A stretch of DNA of 64,000 nucleotides from Veleropilina oligotropha. Lineage: Eukaryota. Position 1 is the stretch's first letter, and the number at the start of each line of letters is the position of its first letter. Location: positions 1-64,000 of the forward strand of contig JBEUKZ010000069.1 of the NCBI GenBank assembly GCA_048128005.1, in the 5' to 3' direction. Made by a program: the position numbers and the translations under genes. Positions 52,799 through 64,000 of this stretch are shown piece by piece. Under the pieces are notes generated by a model, which saw only the letters and a program-made list of their open reading frames with translations, was not told where the DNA came from and did not search any database.

Positions 52799-54094
52799 AT
52801 GGCTAAGAGCGCCTTTGTATTCAATAGGAGTGCGGCCTATTCGACCGGTGTGGTGTACCCAGCCCGGATAAAGGATGAGCAGCTTACAAAACCACGCGTC
52901 GTTGTCTCCTCGTCTGAATCTCCCCATCCTGCATTCGGGGCAGACTACCCCGACGTCTTTCAAAAATACCGCCTCCCTCACGTCGCGAGTGATCGGCTAA
53001 TACGGGATTGGCACAGCACACCGATGCGGTTCTGGCAGAACAAGGTAAACTTCGCCGTATGGTGTGCCACAACAGGTTCCGGGATCTCCTCAGAAGACCA
53101 CTTGAATGCGACCGACCCCATCTCCAGAGCCGTATTCACCTTCCATGTTTGCTATCAGGTCAGGAGGCTCTTGTCCGAAATTCAGGCGCCGCTGCCACAA
53201 GACGCTAGGACGTGGGATGCCTTTGACACCCCGTATGATCGAAGGGCATATGAGAAGATCTGCAGCGAGTTTGGCGTGTCTCCGCACACCGACTGGCGTG
53301 TCGAGGGTCCCAACGGCGGACTAGGCACCGCTTTCAGCTACTGGACGAACAACGGCTACCACCCCATAGGACGTGAGTACGATCCCAGTCGTATGTCATT
53401 CACGAAGGGTACGACCAACTCGAACCTGCACGTGGACTACATCGCGCAAGCGCCTGCGCTTTCAAACGGTTGGGCTACTTTTATTCTGGACCGGTCGGTG
53501 GGATTCAAGAGGGCCGGCGTGGAGAGGCTCAATGAGTCCATCAGGACCTACGTCTGGGCTATTCTTGGAGCGCAGGCGCAGACACGTGCAAGTATTCTGG
53601 GTAGTGGGACGGCGTTCGAAGCACAGAAACAGTTTCTGGCCAACGTCGAAGACGCCATCGCATCGCCTGTGGACCTCCCAGCAGCAATCAAACGGTACCA
53701 GGAGGTGCTACAGTATGTGAGGTCCAAAGTAGACTTCGTCTTCGGCGTAGGCCTTTATATGGCGCCTAGTGACATGCTTCTACGGATCGGGCAGGTCGCT
53801 GGGTACAACAACGAGATCGTCGTCGCCACGGAAGACCAGACACTCAGTCTTAATATGATGGTGAACGCGGCCAGTGTGCCGCCCAACGCCGCTGGGGATA
53901 CTGGAGATAAAGGACTGGTTATTCCACAAGACGAGGTCGCAGTCTTATGGGCAGATGCTCCGAAGCATCTAAACTCTGAGCCCCGGGGAGCAGCTGTTTC
54001 AGCCACGGGGGCTGCCCAGTCACATGACGAGGAGAAAACCGCACTCATCGTGGGCGGCATTGTCGTTGGCCTAGCGTTCATTTGGCTTACGTGA
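52799..54094 (+). CDS. Viral protein of unknown function with a C-terminal transmembrane anchor (431 aa)
   Basis: Long intact ORF in the GC-rich block; ends EEKTALIVGGIVVGLAFIWLT; no signal peptide. Confidence 0.8.
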   Translation: MAKSAFVFNRSAAYSTGVVYPARIKDEQLTKPRVVVSSSESPHPAFGADYPDVFQKYRLPHVASDRLIRDWHSTPMRFWQNKVNFAVWCATTGSGISSEDHLNATDPISRAVFTFHVCYQVRRLLSEIQAPLPQDARTWDAFDTPYDRRAYEKICSEFGVSPHTDWRVEGPNGGLGTAFSYWTNNGYHPIGREYDPSRMSFTKGTTNSNLHVDYIAQAPALSNGWATFILDRSVGFKRAGVERLNESIRTYVWAILGAQAQTRASILGSGTAFEAQKQFLANVEDAIASPVDLPAAIKRYQEVLQYVRSKVDFVFGVGLYMAPSDMLLRIGQVAGYNNEIVVATEDQTLSLNMMVNAASVPPNAAGDTGDKGLVIPQDEVAVLWADAPKHLNSEPRGAAVSATGAAQSHDEEKTALIVGGIVVGLAFIWLT

Positions 54095-55360
54095 CCCACT
54101 GTCTAGCGGCAATAAGAAGCAAGCCCCCGACAGATATAATCACAGCCCACAGGTGGTCGGCCAGCCACGACGCTGTCTTGCCGACCAGGTTGATTAGCCA
54201 GGAGACCAGGCTGCCAAGTATTCCGGGGAGTGCCTCAGCCGCTTCCCCGCTAGTTTGCCCAGAATCCGACCCAGGTTCTGCAGCTGCTTTTTGACCCACT
54301 CCTTGACCCCCCCCTGACCACTGGGAGGTGGTGGTGTTGGTGCGATGCTCGGCGCTCCGCCTGTTAGGGCTAGTACCAAAGTCGAGATAGCCAACCCGAT
54401 CGCGGTCAGTATTGTTGTGATCGTAACCCCCTGCTCGCGAAATAGGGTCCGGATACGCTCGGCCAGCGTCGTATCCGTGTGGAGAATCCGACTCAGCATC
54501 TCTCGGATCCGGCTGATCTGAGAGCGAAGGGCTTCCCGGCTTGATGAGGCTGCCTCTAGGCGAGCTTCTCGTTCATCCTGTAAGTTGCGAAGACGTTCCG
54601 CGATGCGTCGACGGACGAACTGCTCGACACCACCCTCTTCGTCTGCCTGATCGAGCTTCCCCTTCTCCAGCTCTATGTGTTCGTCCAGCGCCGTTAGCTT
54701 GGCCAGGTTGTTGGTTAGTTCGCCTCGGATGGTCTGCATCGCCTTGTCCAGCCCGCGAAGCTCACGAAGATTTAAGGGGGGATCCCCCATCGTGCTCAAG
54801 AACTCTTCAACCTCGGCGTCGGTGAACTTCGTCTCCATGTTGTGGATCGCTTCTGAGGCCTTTGTCGCAGTCTGCCCCAAGTCCCGCAGTTCTACGTTTT
54901 CGACATTGGCCGCCGCACCGCTCAACTCGTTGTTGGCTGTCTGAAATGCCGCGACGGCTTTTGAGGACATCTTCTTCTGTCCCCCCCGCTTCCAGTGTAC
55001 GAAGCCCAACCCATCTCTGATGGCACTACCCCCACCACGCTGGCCAGCTATGGTTGCCAAAGCCTTGGGTTTACCGGTGCTAGAATTGATGAGATCGATG
55101 TGGGACCAGGCTTTCATCTGCAGTCGCCCGTCCACGTAATCGAACCTGGAGTAATCACGCCCCGCGGCGGGGGTTTGCCCCTCCTTGGACAGGGCGTTGT
55201 AGTAGTCATCAACCGCTGTTTGAACAAGCTCTTGCCGCAGACCGCTGGTTCCTTCCTGTGGCCGTTCCGAAAGAACAGGCTCAATCCATTCCGTGGATCC
55301 AACCTCACCATCATCGTCGATGATGTCGGGCTCGAATGTGGGGTTCTCAAATTCCGCCAT
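54087..55360 (-). pseudogene. Viral coiled-coil membrane protein (~424 aa), one frameshift at ~54243
   Basis: Long heptad region, hydrophobic ITTILTAIGLAISTLVLALTGG, Pro linker, amphipathic helices. One extra base joins ...KLAGK to AAEALPGILGSLVSWLINL...LWAVIISVGGLLLIAARQWVT. Confidence 0.78.
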
Positions 55361-55402
55361 TTGAATACACCGGTGGGGTACGCATCTAATTCAGACAACA
55401 AC

Positions 55403-55805
55403 ATGTCCAGCACGTACGGACGCACGTTGGATCCATACCGCAGACTGCGAGAGCCTCTTGGGGTGAAAGGGGTCCGCCAGTCGGTCACCATAACGAACAA
55501 CCCCTCCACGATCGCCGCCAACCAGCAGCTGTTGGTTCGGTTCCCGAATCTCGGGACTCACGACGTTATCGTGCCAGGGACTGCCCACCTCGCATTCACT
55601 ATTTCTCTGACCTCGGCTAACCCGAACAGAACTGTAGTTCAGAATATCGGACGCGCCGTGGTCAAGAAGACCACGATAAAGATAAGTGGGAACGAAGTCA
55701 TGTCTATAGATGACTCCGACGTGTACCACTGCTACTGCGATCTCTGGAAGACCGCAGGGGAGCGCAAGAATGCCCAATATCAGGGTATTGATACCAGCGA
55801 CAGCG
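55403..55805 (+). pseudogene. Major capsid protein (double-jelly-roll-like), N-terminal ~133 aa, truncated
   Basis: NPSTI..NQQLLVRFPNLG..DVIVPGT..LAFTISL...NIGRAVVKK.TIKISGNEV.SIDD..VY fits the first strands of Polinton/PLV capsid proteins; the sequence changes to host-like DNA after GIDTSD. Confidence 0.7.
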
Positions 55806-56944
55806 TATTCGCGAAATCGACCATGGCAAAGATTGTGATAGTGTGATGACGTTAGCATTCAGCTTATGCGAGGGTACTTGCTTCAAAAATATTAGAGGGG
55901 TAAATACCACCCTTAACTGTCGCGACGCCCCTGCACCCATTCGCACAATCTTCAAAGCATCAACTGCGAAACTCTTATACTGCCTGTCTTTAATGCCAGC
56001 ATTAGGATTATGTTACGTTAATGACAACACTGCCAACACTTCTATCTAACGCTCATTACAATTATGGGGGCAGCGTGGACGAGTGGATACGGTGCTGGTT
56101 CGCAAACCAACGTGTAATACGTTATTAATTTAATACTTCCAAAATATTTGGGCCCCTAGATATTTGTATTGGGTGGGGGCCCGGCCCCCCCCCTGGCCCC
56201 CCCGGTTCCGCCGCCTCTGCGTTGAATCTTATGACCAAAACATACTGGTAGGCCTACTGAATAAGTCACACCGGGTACGTAGGTCCAACACTTGAGTCCG
56301 AATGCACAACCGCCCTTCTTAGATTTGTTTATCCATCCATGGTTAATGAACCATCTTAGCATTCTTCAGGTTTATACCCGAACATGTCAATTCTCAATCT
56401 CCAAAGCAGAGATGAGTTATTGCCCCTGCCGTGCCCAGACCATATCTTCGATCGCTGAGTCAACCATGGGGCGACTTTTTTAAAATTTATTTTTATTTGC
56501 CTTAATTCATTATTTTAATGGTTGACAACCACAGGTTTACCTAGTGATTACCATCAAATGCACCACAAACACCCAGTTTATTTGGAAATGAAGCATTGTC
56601 CCAGAGCAAATAGTTCAGCATGAATATATTTAGCATGGCATGACATTCGGAAACAGAATGGATGCGGTCACGCGTGAAGTAAGATCGTTTCGATTTTATA
56701 CGGTTATCCACCGCATTTTAAAAATGAAATGTCATTTAGCCGTAAGTAAATATTAAATATCGACTGATTAAATACGTGTGTGAGAGGGAGTCACTCGTTG
56801 AAACGGTCAGCAGGTCGTATATAATGCATTGTGTTGATGGCAAACGCCACCGATGACGACATAAAAGCTAGCATGTGTCGGCGCATGAACATATATACAA
56901 CACCAATTAACTTGGTCAATTTACGCATGTAAATCACTCTGAGA

Positions 56945-58497
56945 AACACGATGGTAGCCGCGCACTTATCCAATGTGCAACACGATGGTAGCCGCGCACT
57001 TATCCACTGCACAACACGATGGTAGCCGCACTCCTACCCACTGCACAACACGATGGTAGCTGCGCTCCTATCCACTGCACAGCACGATGGTAGCCGCACT
57101 CCTATCCACTGCACAACACGATGGTAGCCGCGCTCTTATCCATTGTACAACACGATGGTAGCCGCGCTCTTATCCACTGCACAACACGATGGTATCCGCG
57201 CCTGTATCCACTGCACAACACGATGGTAGCCGCGCCTTTATCCACTGCAGAACACGATGGTAGCCGCGCTCTTATCCACTGCACAACAAGAAGGTAGTCG
57301 CACCTTTATCCACTACACAACATGATGGTAGCCGCGTTCCCATCCATTGCACAACACGACGGTAGCCGGGCCTTTATCCACTGCACAAAACGATGGTATC
57401 CGCGCCTTTATCCACTGCACAACACTATGGTAGCCGCACTCCCATCCACTGCACAACACGATGGTAGCCGGGCTCATATCCACTGCACAACACGATGGTA
57501 GCCGTGCTCCTATCCACTGTCCAACACGATGGTAGCCGCGCACTTATCCATTGTACAACACGATGGTAGCCGTGCTCCTATCCACTGTCCAACACGATGG
57601 TAGCCGCGCTCTTATCCATTGTACAACACGATGGTAGCCGCGCTCCTATCCACTCCACAACACGATGGTAGCCGCGCCTTTATCCACTGCACAACACGAT
57701 GGTTGCCGCGTTCCTATCCATTGCACAACAAGATGGTAGCCGCGCCTTTATCCACTGCACAACACGATGGTTGCCGCGTTCCTATCCATTGCACAACAAG
57801 ATGGTAGCCGCGCCTTTATCCACTGCACAACACGATGGTATCCGCGCCTTTATCCACTGCACAACACGATGGTATCCGCGCCTTTATCCACTCCACAACA
57901 CGATGGTATCCGCGCCTTTATCCACTCCACAACACGATGGTATCCGCGCCTTTATCCACTGCACAACACGATGTTATCTGCGCTCCTATCCACAGTATAA
58001 CACGACAGTAACCGCGCTTATATCCACTGCATAACACGACGGTAGCCGCGCACTCACTCACTGCACAACACGATGGTATAAATGCTCCTATCCACTGCAC
58101 AACACGATTTTATCTGCGCTCCTATCCACAGTATAACACGACGGTAACCGCGCTTATATCCACTGCATAACACGACGGTAGCCGCACACTTACTCACTGC
58201 ACAACACGATGGTAGCCGGGCTCATATCCACTGCACAACACGATGGTAGCCGGGCTCATATCCACTGCACAACATGATGGTAGCCGGGCGCATATCCACT
58301 GCACAACACGATGGTAGCCGGGCTCATATCCACTGCACAACACGATGGTAGCCGTGCTCTTATCCACTGCACAACACGATGGTAGCCGCGCCTTTATCCA
58401 CTGCACAACACTATGGTAGCCACACTCCCATCCACTGCACAACACGATGGTAGCCGGGCTCATATCCACTGCACAACACGATGGTAGCCGCGCTCCT
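56945..58497. repeat. 34-bp minisatellite, about 45 copies
   Basis: Unit ACACGATGGTAGCCGCGCTCTTATCCACTGCACA with variants. Confidence 0.97.
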
Positions 58498-60228
58498 GGT
58501 AGCGGCGCGTGTTTGAACTCATAATCGTTTTCAAGGGAACTATGCACGAGAGCTCCCCGGTGCATACCTATGTTCCGGGGAATATAGTTTTCATAGTTAA
58601 ATATGAATTCTATTATTCTTCAGATACTCTGCCAGTGATTATATGTACATGCAAATCTAGGGTAAAAACTTTTCGTGGTACATTTTGATTGATGGTTCTG
58701 TTCAGATATATACATATTATCTCGAGAGCAAAGTTTGATCTTACATGAAACCCACCCTCTCAACCAGTTATAGGGAAAAGTGAATGGAAACTGAACAACG
58801 AATGCCCCAAATTAAGTTGAAACACACTCCTGTTAGACAGAGCATTCAAGCCCATTGAATGTATTGAATTCACAGTCCGCACTCTGATTCACTCGGCTAT
58901 CGGAGCGGCCAGTCTCAATGAAAGATTAAGGAAACTGTTGTAGTCAGTCATATGCTTTGTTCTGTACTTTTATCATTCTGTTTCTATGACATAAAAGCAC
59001 ATGTGTAACATGCAAGATAAATATATTAGACTACACAAATGAAATGCAATATCAATCCATTTTAGCTCTGAATTGTTAGGCTGTGGATAACAATTTTGTT
59101 AGGGAGTTTGGGCTGCAGATGCAATGTCAGATTTATAATATGAAACAACCAACCGAATATATAATGCTCTGACTTTCTGCAGATCTCTTATAGGCATGTT
59201 GAAGAATATTATTATGAAGTCTTACAATCTTCAATAAGCGGCCGTGGTTGGTCAGTGGTTAGAGATTCGGACACTCAACCGAGACTGTTGGGACCATTGG
59301 GTTAACCCGAGGTGAGCCCAACTGCTTGACTGCTCATTCTACAACTTAAAATAATAGAAGGCATATGCTCAGATCAGAGTGAAACCTGAAATCGGGTGCT
59401 TTGACAGTACAGTATGCGATAAGACTGAAAAACTGTCGAAAGTGGGCAACCTACAGTTTACTGTAATCATTTATTAGAACAAAAATATCATTTCAAGGTG
59501 AATTTGTATTTAATACATGAAAGACGAACAAAGCAGTTAATGTTTTTTTACCTGTTTTAACATGTGTGGTCATGTCGATGTTATATCGCCAGGAAAGCCT
59601 CGAATATATATGCAAATAGTTACGACCACCATTACATGGGTGTGTTTTATTTTTATATATGCGTCTTCGACCGAGATTACAAATTAATAGTATATACTAC
59701 TAGAACAGAAACACTGCAGTTTATCAAGTGGATTTATAATGGTTCTCTGACCACTGCGGAGGCAACAGGGTGTATAATTATAAATTGTTGTGCAATATAA
59801 CACATTTGAAACAGTAGAAACAGAATAAAATAAAATAAGTGGGATTTTCCCTGTGAATGTGATCATCATATCAAATGTGTGTTAACACAACATATAAAAC
59901 GGTGACACTGGTCGCAATGATACGGACAAAGCAATTACGGTACATATATAAACATATGAAATGCATCATAACAAAAATCTGCTCGTACAGCGACATCGAA
60001 GAGAAGCGGTGTACGAGAATCCGACAAAGGGGGGGGCGAGACATACCCAACGCGGCCTATACTTGGCGTTCTATTAATCCACGAACAGACGGACTCAGAT
60101 TGTTCATAGTTTGATAACAGTAATTCATGTGTATTCGGAAATATTAAATCCTTATTGTTGTGTAATACTATTATAAAGATTTGTGTTATTAACGACAAGT
60201 TCGTTTTCATTCTGGGGGCAGTCGACTC

Positions 60229-60722
60229 AGGCGCGGTTCCAGGAATTTTGCTTTGGGGCCCTGAATTTACTATCATCTGTTCGCGTGGGGGCAGGGCCCC
60301 ATGCGAAAGAAAATTTTGACAATCAACAACCTGAAACCCCATCTCCTGCACTCACAGGGCAAAAGCGATATTTCTTACCAACATTTAATAAACATTTTCA
60401 CTAAATTGATTTTTTCACAATCTAACACATTTCTGCTTTCAAACGTGTGGTCCAGACCGACTGTATCCCCAGAAAAGTCGGGGGCCCACGCACAAGAAAT
60501 TTTGACAATTAACGGTGTGAAATCCCACCCTCCTGCATTATTACATTGCAAAAGCTAATAGTAATACAATTCAGCTTGTGTATTTAGGGGTAGGCCTATT
60601 TATAATGTACTGAATGTCATTTGTATCAGATTATACATATTATTTGAGTATGCTTGACCAGCTTTAGGGGGGGGGGGGGGTAGGGGTGCCGGGTGCGCCC
60701 CCCCCCCCTGGATCCGCGCCTG
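60229..60722. mobile_element. MITE with CAGGCGCGG(T/A)TCCAGG TIRs (hAT-like)
   Basis: CAGGCGCGGTTCCAGG ... CCTGGATCCGCGCCTG; no clean TSD. Confidence 0.6.
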
Positions 60723-61971
60723 GTCGTCAATCACTGATTTAGCGAATATTATTTATTTACCAGACACATGCACGCAATATACATGTTTCGTCAGTGTTTT
60801 CACTGCAAAAGTCAGTCTACAAACCGTGACGTTGTTCAACAGAAGTTTATTAATTAGTCGTAATTCCTTCTTATAACTCTACAACAGCCTCCGACTGTCA
60901 ACAAATTATCACCAGCCATTTGTTTTCATGTCAAATTCCCCACGTGACCTCCGTTACTATAATATTATATAGCACGTCCCATTTCTACTTTCTAGCCGGT
61001 AAAATTTAGTTTCGGGATAGCCGATTTGTAATATCGCGATCACAGCAATGAAATGTTTTATAAAAGAGTGACATTTTTTCTACCATTATAATAAACATAT
61101 GTTTACATAGTAACATGCTTTTTAAAGACAGTGAGTTTGCAACTTTAAGCTCACATATCTCTTGTATGTAGATTACAAATCTACACCAGGCCTATTTATT
61201 TTGGGTTCTTTCATCTGATATTGACGTCTTTGCACACGACCTGACTTTAGCTTAGCTAAGCCGACAGGTTTGCTCTTATAAACTGACATGCCAATCGCAT
61301 GAGATCACTAAGCAAATGCCACCAATTTTAACACTTCCTTGTAATAACAGTAGATACATGATTATATAGGGCCAACGCTAATAAAATTTATCAAGATTAC
61401 AGCAAAATATTGAATAAACTTACATTTTGATAATATATGTAAACAGTAAATATTTGCATGCATAAAACGTCAAAATAAATAAATAGCAAACATGGTTGAC
61501 AAATATGCACGGTGCCCTGCCACGTAACAATTAATATGCAAGACAATTCACTGTAAAACCGAGTTGTTGTCAGCGACTCAATTTCACAAAAAGTATTACA
61601 GCTGTTTATCAGGCAAAAACGTTAAACCCGTAACGAAGTTGGTTAACTTTTACCAGACAATCCATCTGACGTAATTTCGGCAGGTGTTAAAGTGACAAAT
61701 TCGACAGCAATATAATTAAATGGAAACACGAAATATTTGAATATGTTGTAGGTGCTACCTAGAACTCAGATATAACATATTTGTGTACATATAATTATTA
61801 AAACCACTATTTAATATGGCAATCCAGTGCGACTAAGAATCATATTGGCAAGTGAAATAATTGTGATCACTCTACTTTATAACCGATAACTGCACACATT
61901 GATGGTAATTGGGGTTAATAGTAAACTGATTCAATTGAGATTTAATAGCATGTTTGGAATCTTAAGAATGG

Positions 61972-63141
61972 TAATCAGGAGTTGACATGCCACCCTAGCG
62001 AGACTATATGCGGTGGGTGGTTTGGTTGATAAGCCGCACTGATAATCAGGAGCTGGCATGCCACCCTAGCGAGACTATATGCGCTGGTTGGTTTGGTTGA
62101 TAAGCCGCACTGATAGCCGAGTTGATAAGAGTGTGTATTCTGAATTATCTCCCTAGACTGCTCTGTTTAACACAGTTGGTTAGAATCCTCGGTGGGGCAT
62201 TCTTCGTTAGCTAACATTCACAGTTAGGCATAACTGACATGCCACCCTAGCAAGACTATATGCGCTGGGTGGTTTGGTTGATAAGCCGCACTGATAGCCG
62301 AGTTGATAAGAGTGTGTATTCTGAATTATCTCCCTATACTGCTCTGTTTAACACCGTTGGTTAGAATCCTCGGGGGGCATTCTTCGTTAGCTAACATTCA
62401 CAGTTAGGCATAACTGACATGCCACCCTAGCACGACTATATGCGGTGGGTGGTTTGGTTGATACGCCGCACTGATAGCCGAGTTGATAAGAGGGTGTATT
62501 CTGAATTATCTCCCTAGACTGCTCTGTTTAACACAGTTGGTTAGAATCCTCGGTGGGGCATTCTTCGTTAGCTAACATTCACAGTTAGGCATAACTGACA
62601 TGCCACCCTAGCAAGACTATATGCGGTGGGTGGTTTGGTTGATAAGCCGCACTGATAGCCGAGTTGATAAGAGTGTGTATTCTGAATTATCTCCCTAGAC
62701 TGCTCTGTTTAACACAGTTGGTTAGAATCCTCGGTGGGGCATTCTTCGTTAGCTAACATTCACAGTTAGGCATAACTGACATGCCACCCTAGCAAGACTA
62801 TATGCGGTGGGTGGTTTGGTTGATAAGCCGCACTGATAGCCGAGTTGATAAGAGTGTGTATTCTGAATTCTCTCCCTAGACTGCTCTGTTTAACACAGTT
62901 GGTTAGAATCCTCGGTGGGGCATTCTTCGTTAGCTAACATTCACAGTTAGGCATAACTGACATGCCACCCTAGCAAGACTATATGCGGTGGGTGGTTTGG
63001 TTGATAAGCCGCACTGATAGCCGAGTTGATAAGAGTGTGTATTCTGAATTCTCTCCCTAGACTGCTCTGTTTAACACAGTTGGCTAGAATCCTCGGTGGG
63101 GCACTCTTCGTTAGCTAACATTCACAGTTAGGCATAACTGA
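61972..63141. repeat. ~180-bp tandem satellite, about 6 near-identical copies preceded by a partial 72-bp unit
   Basis: GACATGCCACCCTAGC...CAGTTAGGCATAACT recurs with a period of 180-181 bp. Confidence 0.97.
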
Positions 63142-63292
63142 CTCTGATCGTTGATGGCTGATATTTCCGGACTTTCCTCTTACGATAACATGGCATGTCC
63201 TGTTGGTATTAAAAACACATTTATATAAGCATTGATCCAAAATAAAGTCTGGATTGGGTAGATAAATTGACGGATTGGGATATCTGGTGACC

Positions 63293-63932
63293 TACCGTAT
63301 TTATTCCATATATCTAGCCGCGCGTAACTGTTATTATGAAGGGGGTTATCATGAATAGGGTAATCGGTACTAAAAATATGAAGCCATAATATTATGTTAC
63401 AATTTCTAAATGATACTAACTTTTCTTGAAATAGACATTTAAGTCTGTCCACCAATAGTTTTACACCAGGAAATCTAATATAGCATTCAATTTCCAATCG
63501 TCTATCTACCGGCGAATGTGTATACTCACCACAGTGTCATCAGTGGTTATGATGCAAACAACTTTTCTGCCTGTCATGTTTCAGAAACAAATGGACAAGT
63601 TTGCCAATTTCTCTCGGAACGTGTCCCATCACTTTGCTGTCGAATTTTACCACTACTGCGTATTTATGGAATTGATTGTTATGTTCGATATCTGCGTTCA
63701 ATTTGAATGTATGTCCAATATATGGAGTCCAATCAGATTTATAAACGTGAAAGCCTCTTACATGCGATGCGACCTATTACATGCACATGACCAAATATAT
63801 AGGCCAAACCGATTCTCAGACAACACTGTAAACAGCAAGTGCTGTAATGCCCACGACAGTAGACAAATATTCGTGGAAAAAAAGTAGGGAGCTACATTTG
63901 GAAGGGGCGCGATATATGGAATGAGTACTTTA
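63293..63932. mobile_element. Small TIR element (TA ends, Tc1/mariner-pogo-like termini) carrying a HIRAN-like pseudogene
   Basis: Left TACCGTATTTATTCCATATATCTAGCC vs right reverse complement TAAAGTACTCATTCCATATATCGCGCC (21/27). Confidence 0.6.
63420..63770 (-). pseudogene. HIRAN-like domain ORF, frameshifted
   Basis: ASHVRGFHVYKSDWTPYIG...EHNNQFHKYAVVVKFDSKVMGHVPREIGKLVHLFLKH ... LEIECYIRFPG. Confidence 0.7.
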
Positions 63933-64000
63933 CCAATTTGTATGATTTGGTGCATGCATTTATTATACACACTATGAGCGCGATACATTATTTGAACAAT

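Larger units (their letters stand above)
48800..55805. mobile_element. Left half of an endogenous Polinton/Maverick- or adintovirus-like DNA virus
   Basis: Starts AGCAGCAGCAG (5'-AG microsatellite terminus); GC-rich terminal region with internal repeats; visibly GC-richer, gene-dense block with penton-like and major-capsid-like ORFs. No pPolB, integrase, ATPase or protease in the retained part. Confidence 0.8.

Noticed and set aside
54995..55402. N-terminal extension of the 283-aa ORF
   Set aside because: It is antisense to the coiled-coil gene; the capsid-like sequence starts at ATG 55403
56945..58565. CRISPR array, or Cys/His-rich repeat proteins from the ORF track
   Set aside because: Simple 34-bp minisatellite; the ORFs are by-products of the repeat

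Overview
AT-rich, repeat-dense eukaryotic DNA, probably from a marine invertebrate (spliced transposon genes, tRNA-derived SINEs, LINE tails, Helitron/HINE-type repeats). I could not recognise any intact host gene. Three main structures stand out. (1) A GC-richer block of about 7 kb (48800-~55805) is the left half of an endogenous Polinton/Maverick- or adintovirus-like DNA virus. It begins with an AGCAGCAGCAG terminus inserted into a LINE RT fragment. It carries a truncated double-jelly-roll-like major capsid gene, a penton-like gene, three membrane-associated ORFs in a very compact layout, and a secreted 8-Cys protein whose spacing resembles a cystine-knot cytokine (PTTH/Trunk/IL-17 type). 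This last protein is a candidate virokine. (2) Two ISL2EU-type (PIF/Harbinger-related) transposons each pair a DDE transposase with a convergent YqaJ exonuclease gene. The first is nearly intact and sits in a four-level nest of insertions, with a LINE splitting its left TIR. The second is decayed. (3) Also present are a Crypton-like tyrosine-recombinase relic, a HIRAN-like pseudogene inside a small TIR element, many MITEs, SINEs and LINE fragments, and tandem arrays with 41-, 34- and ~180-bp units. All family assignments are by-eye motif recognition; no database searches were run.
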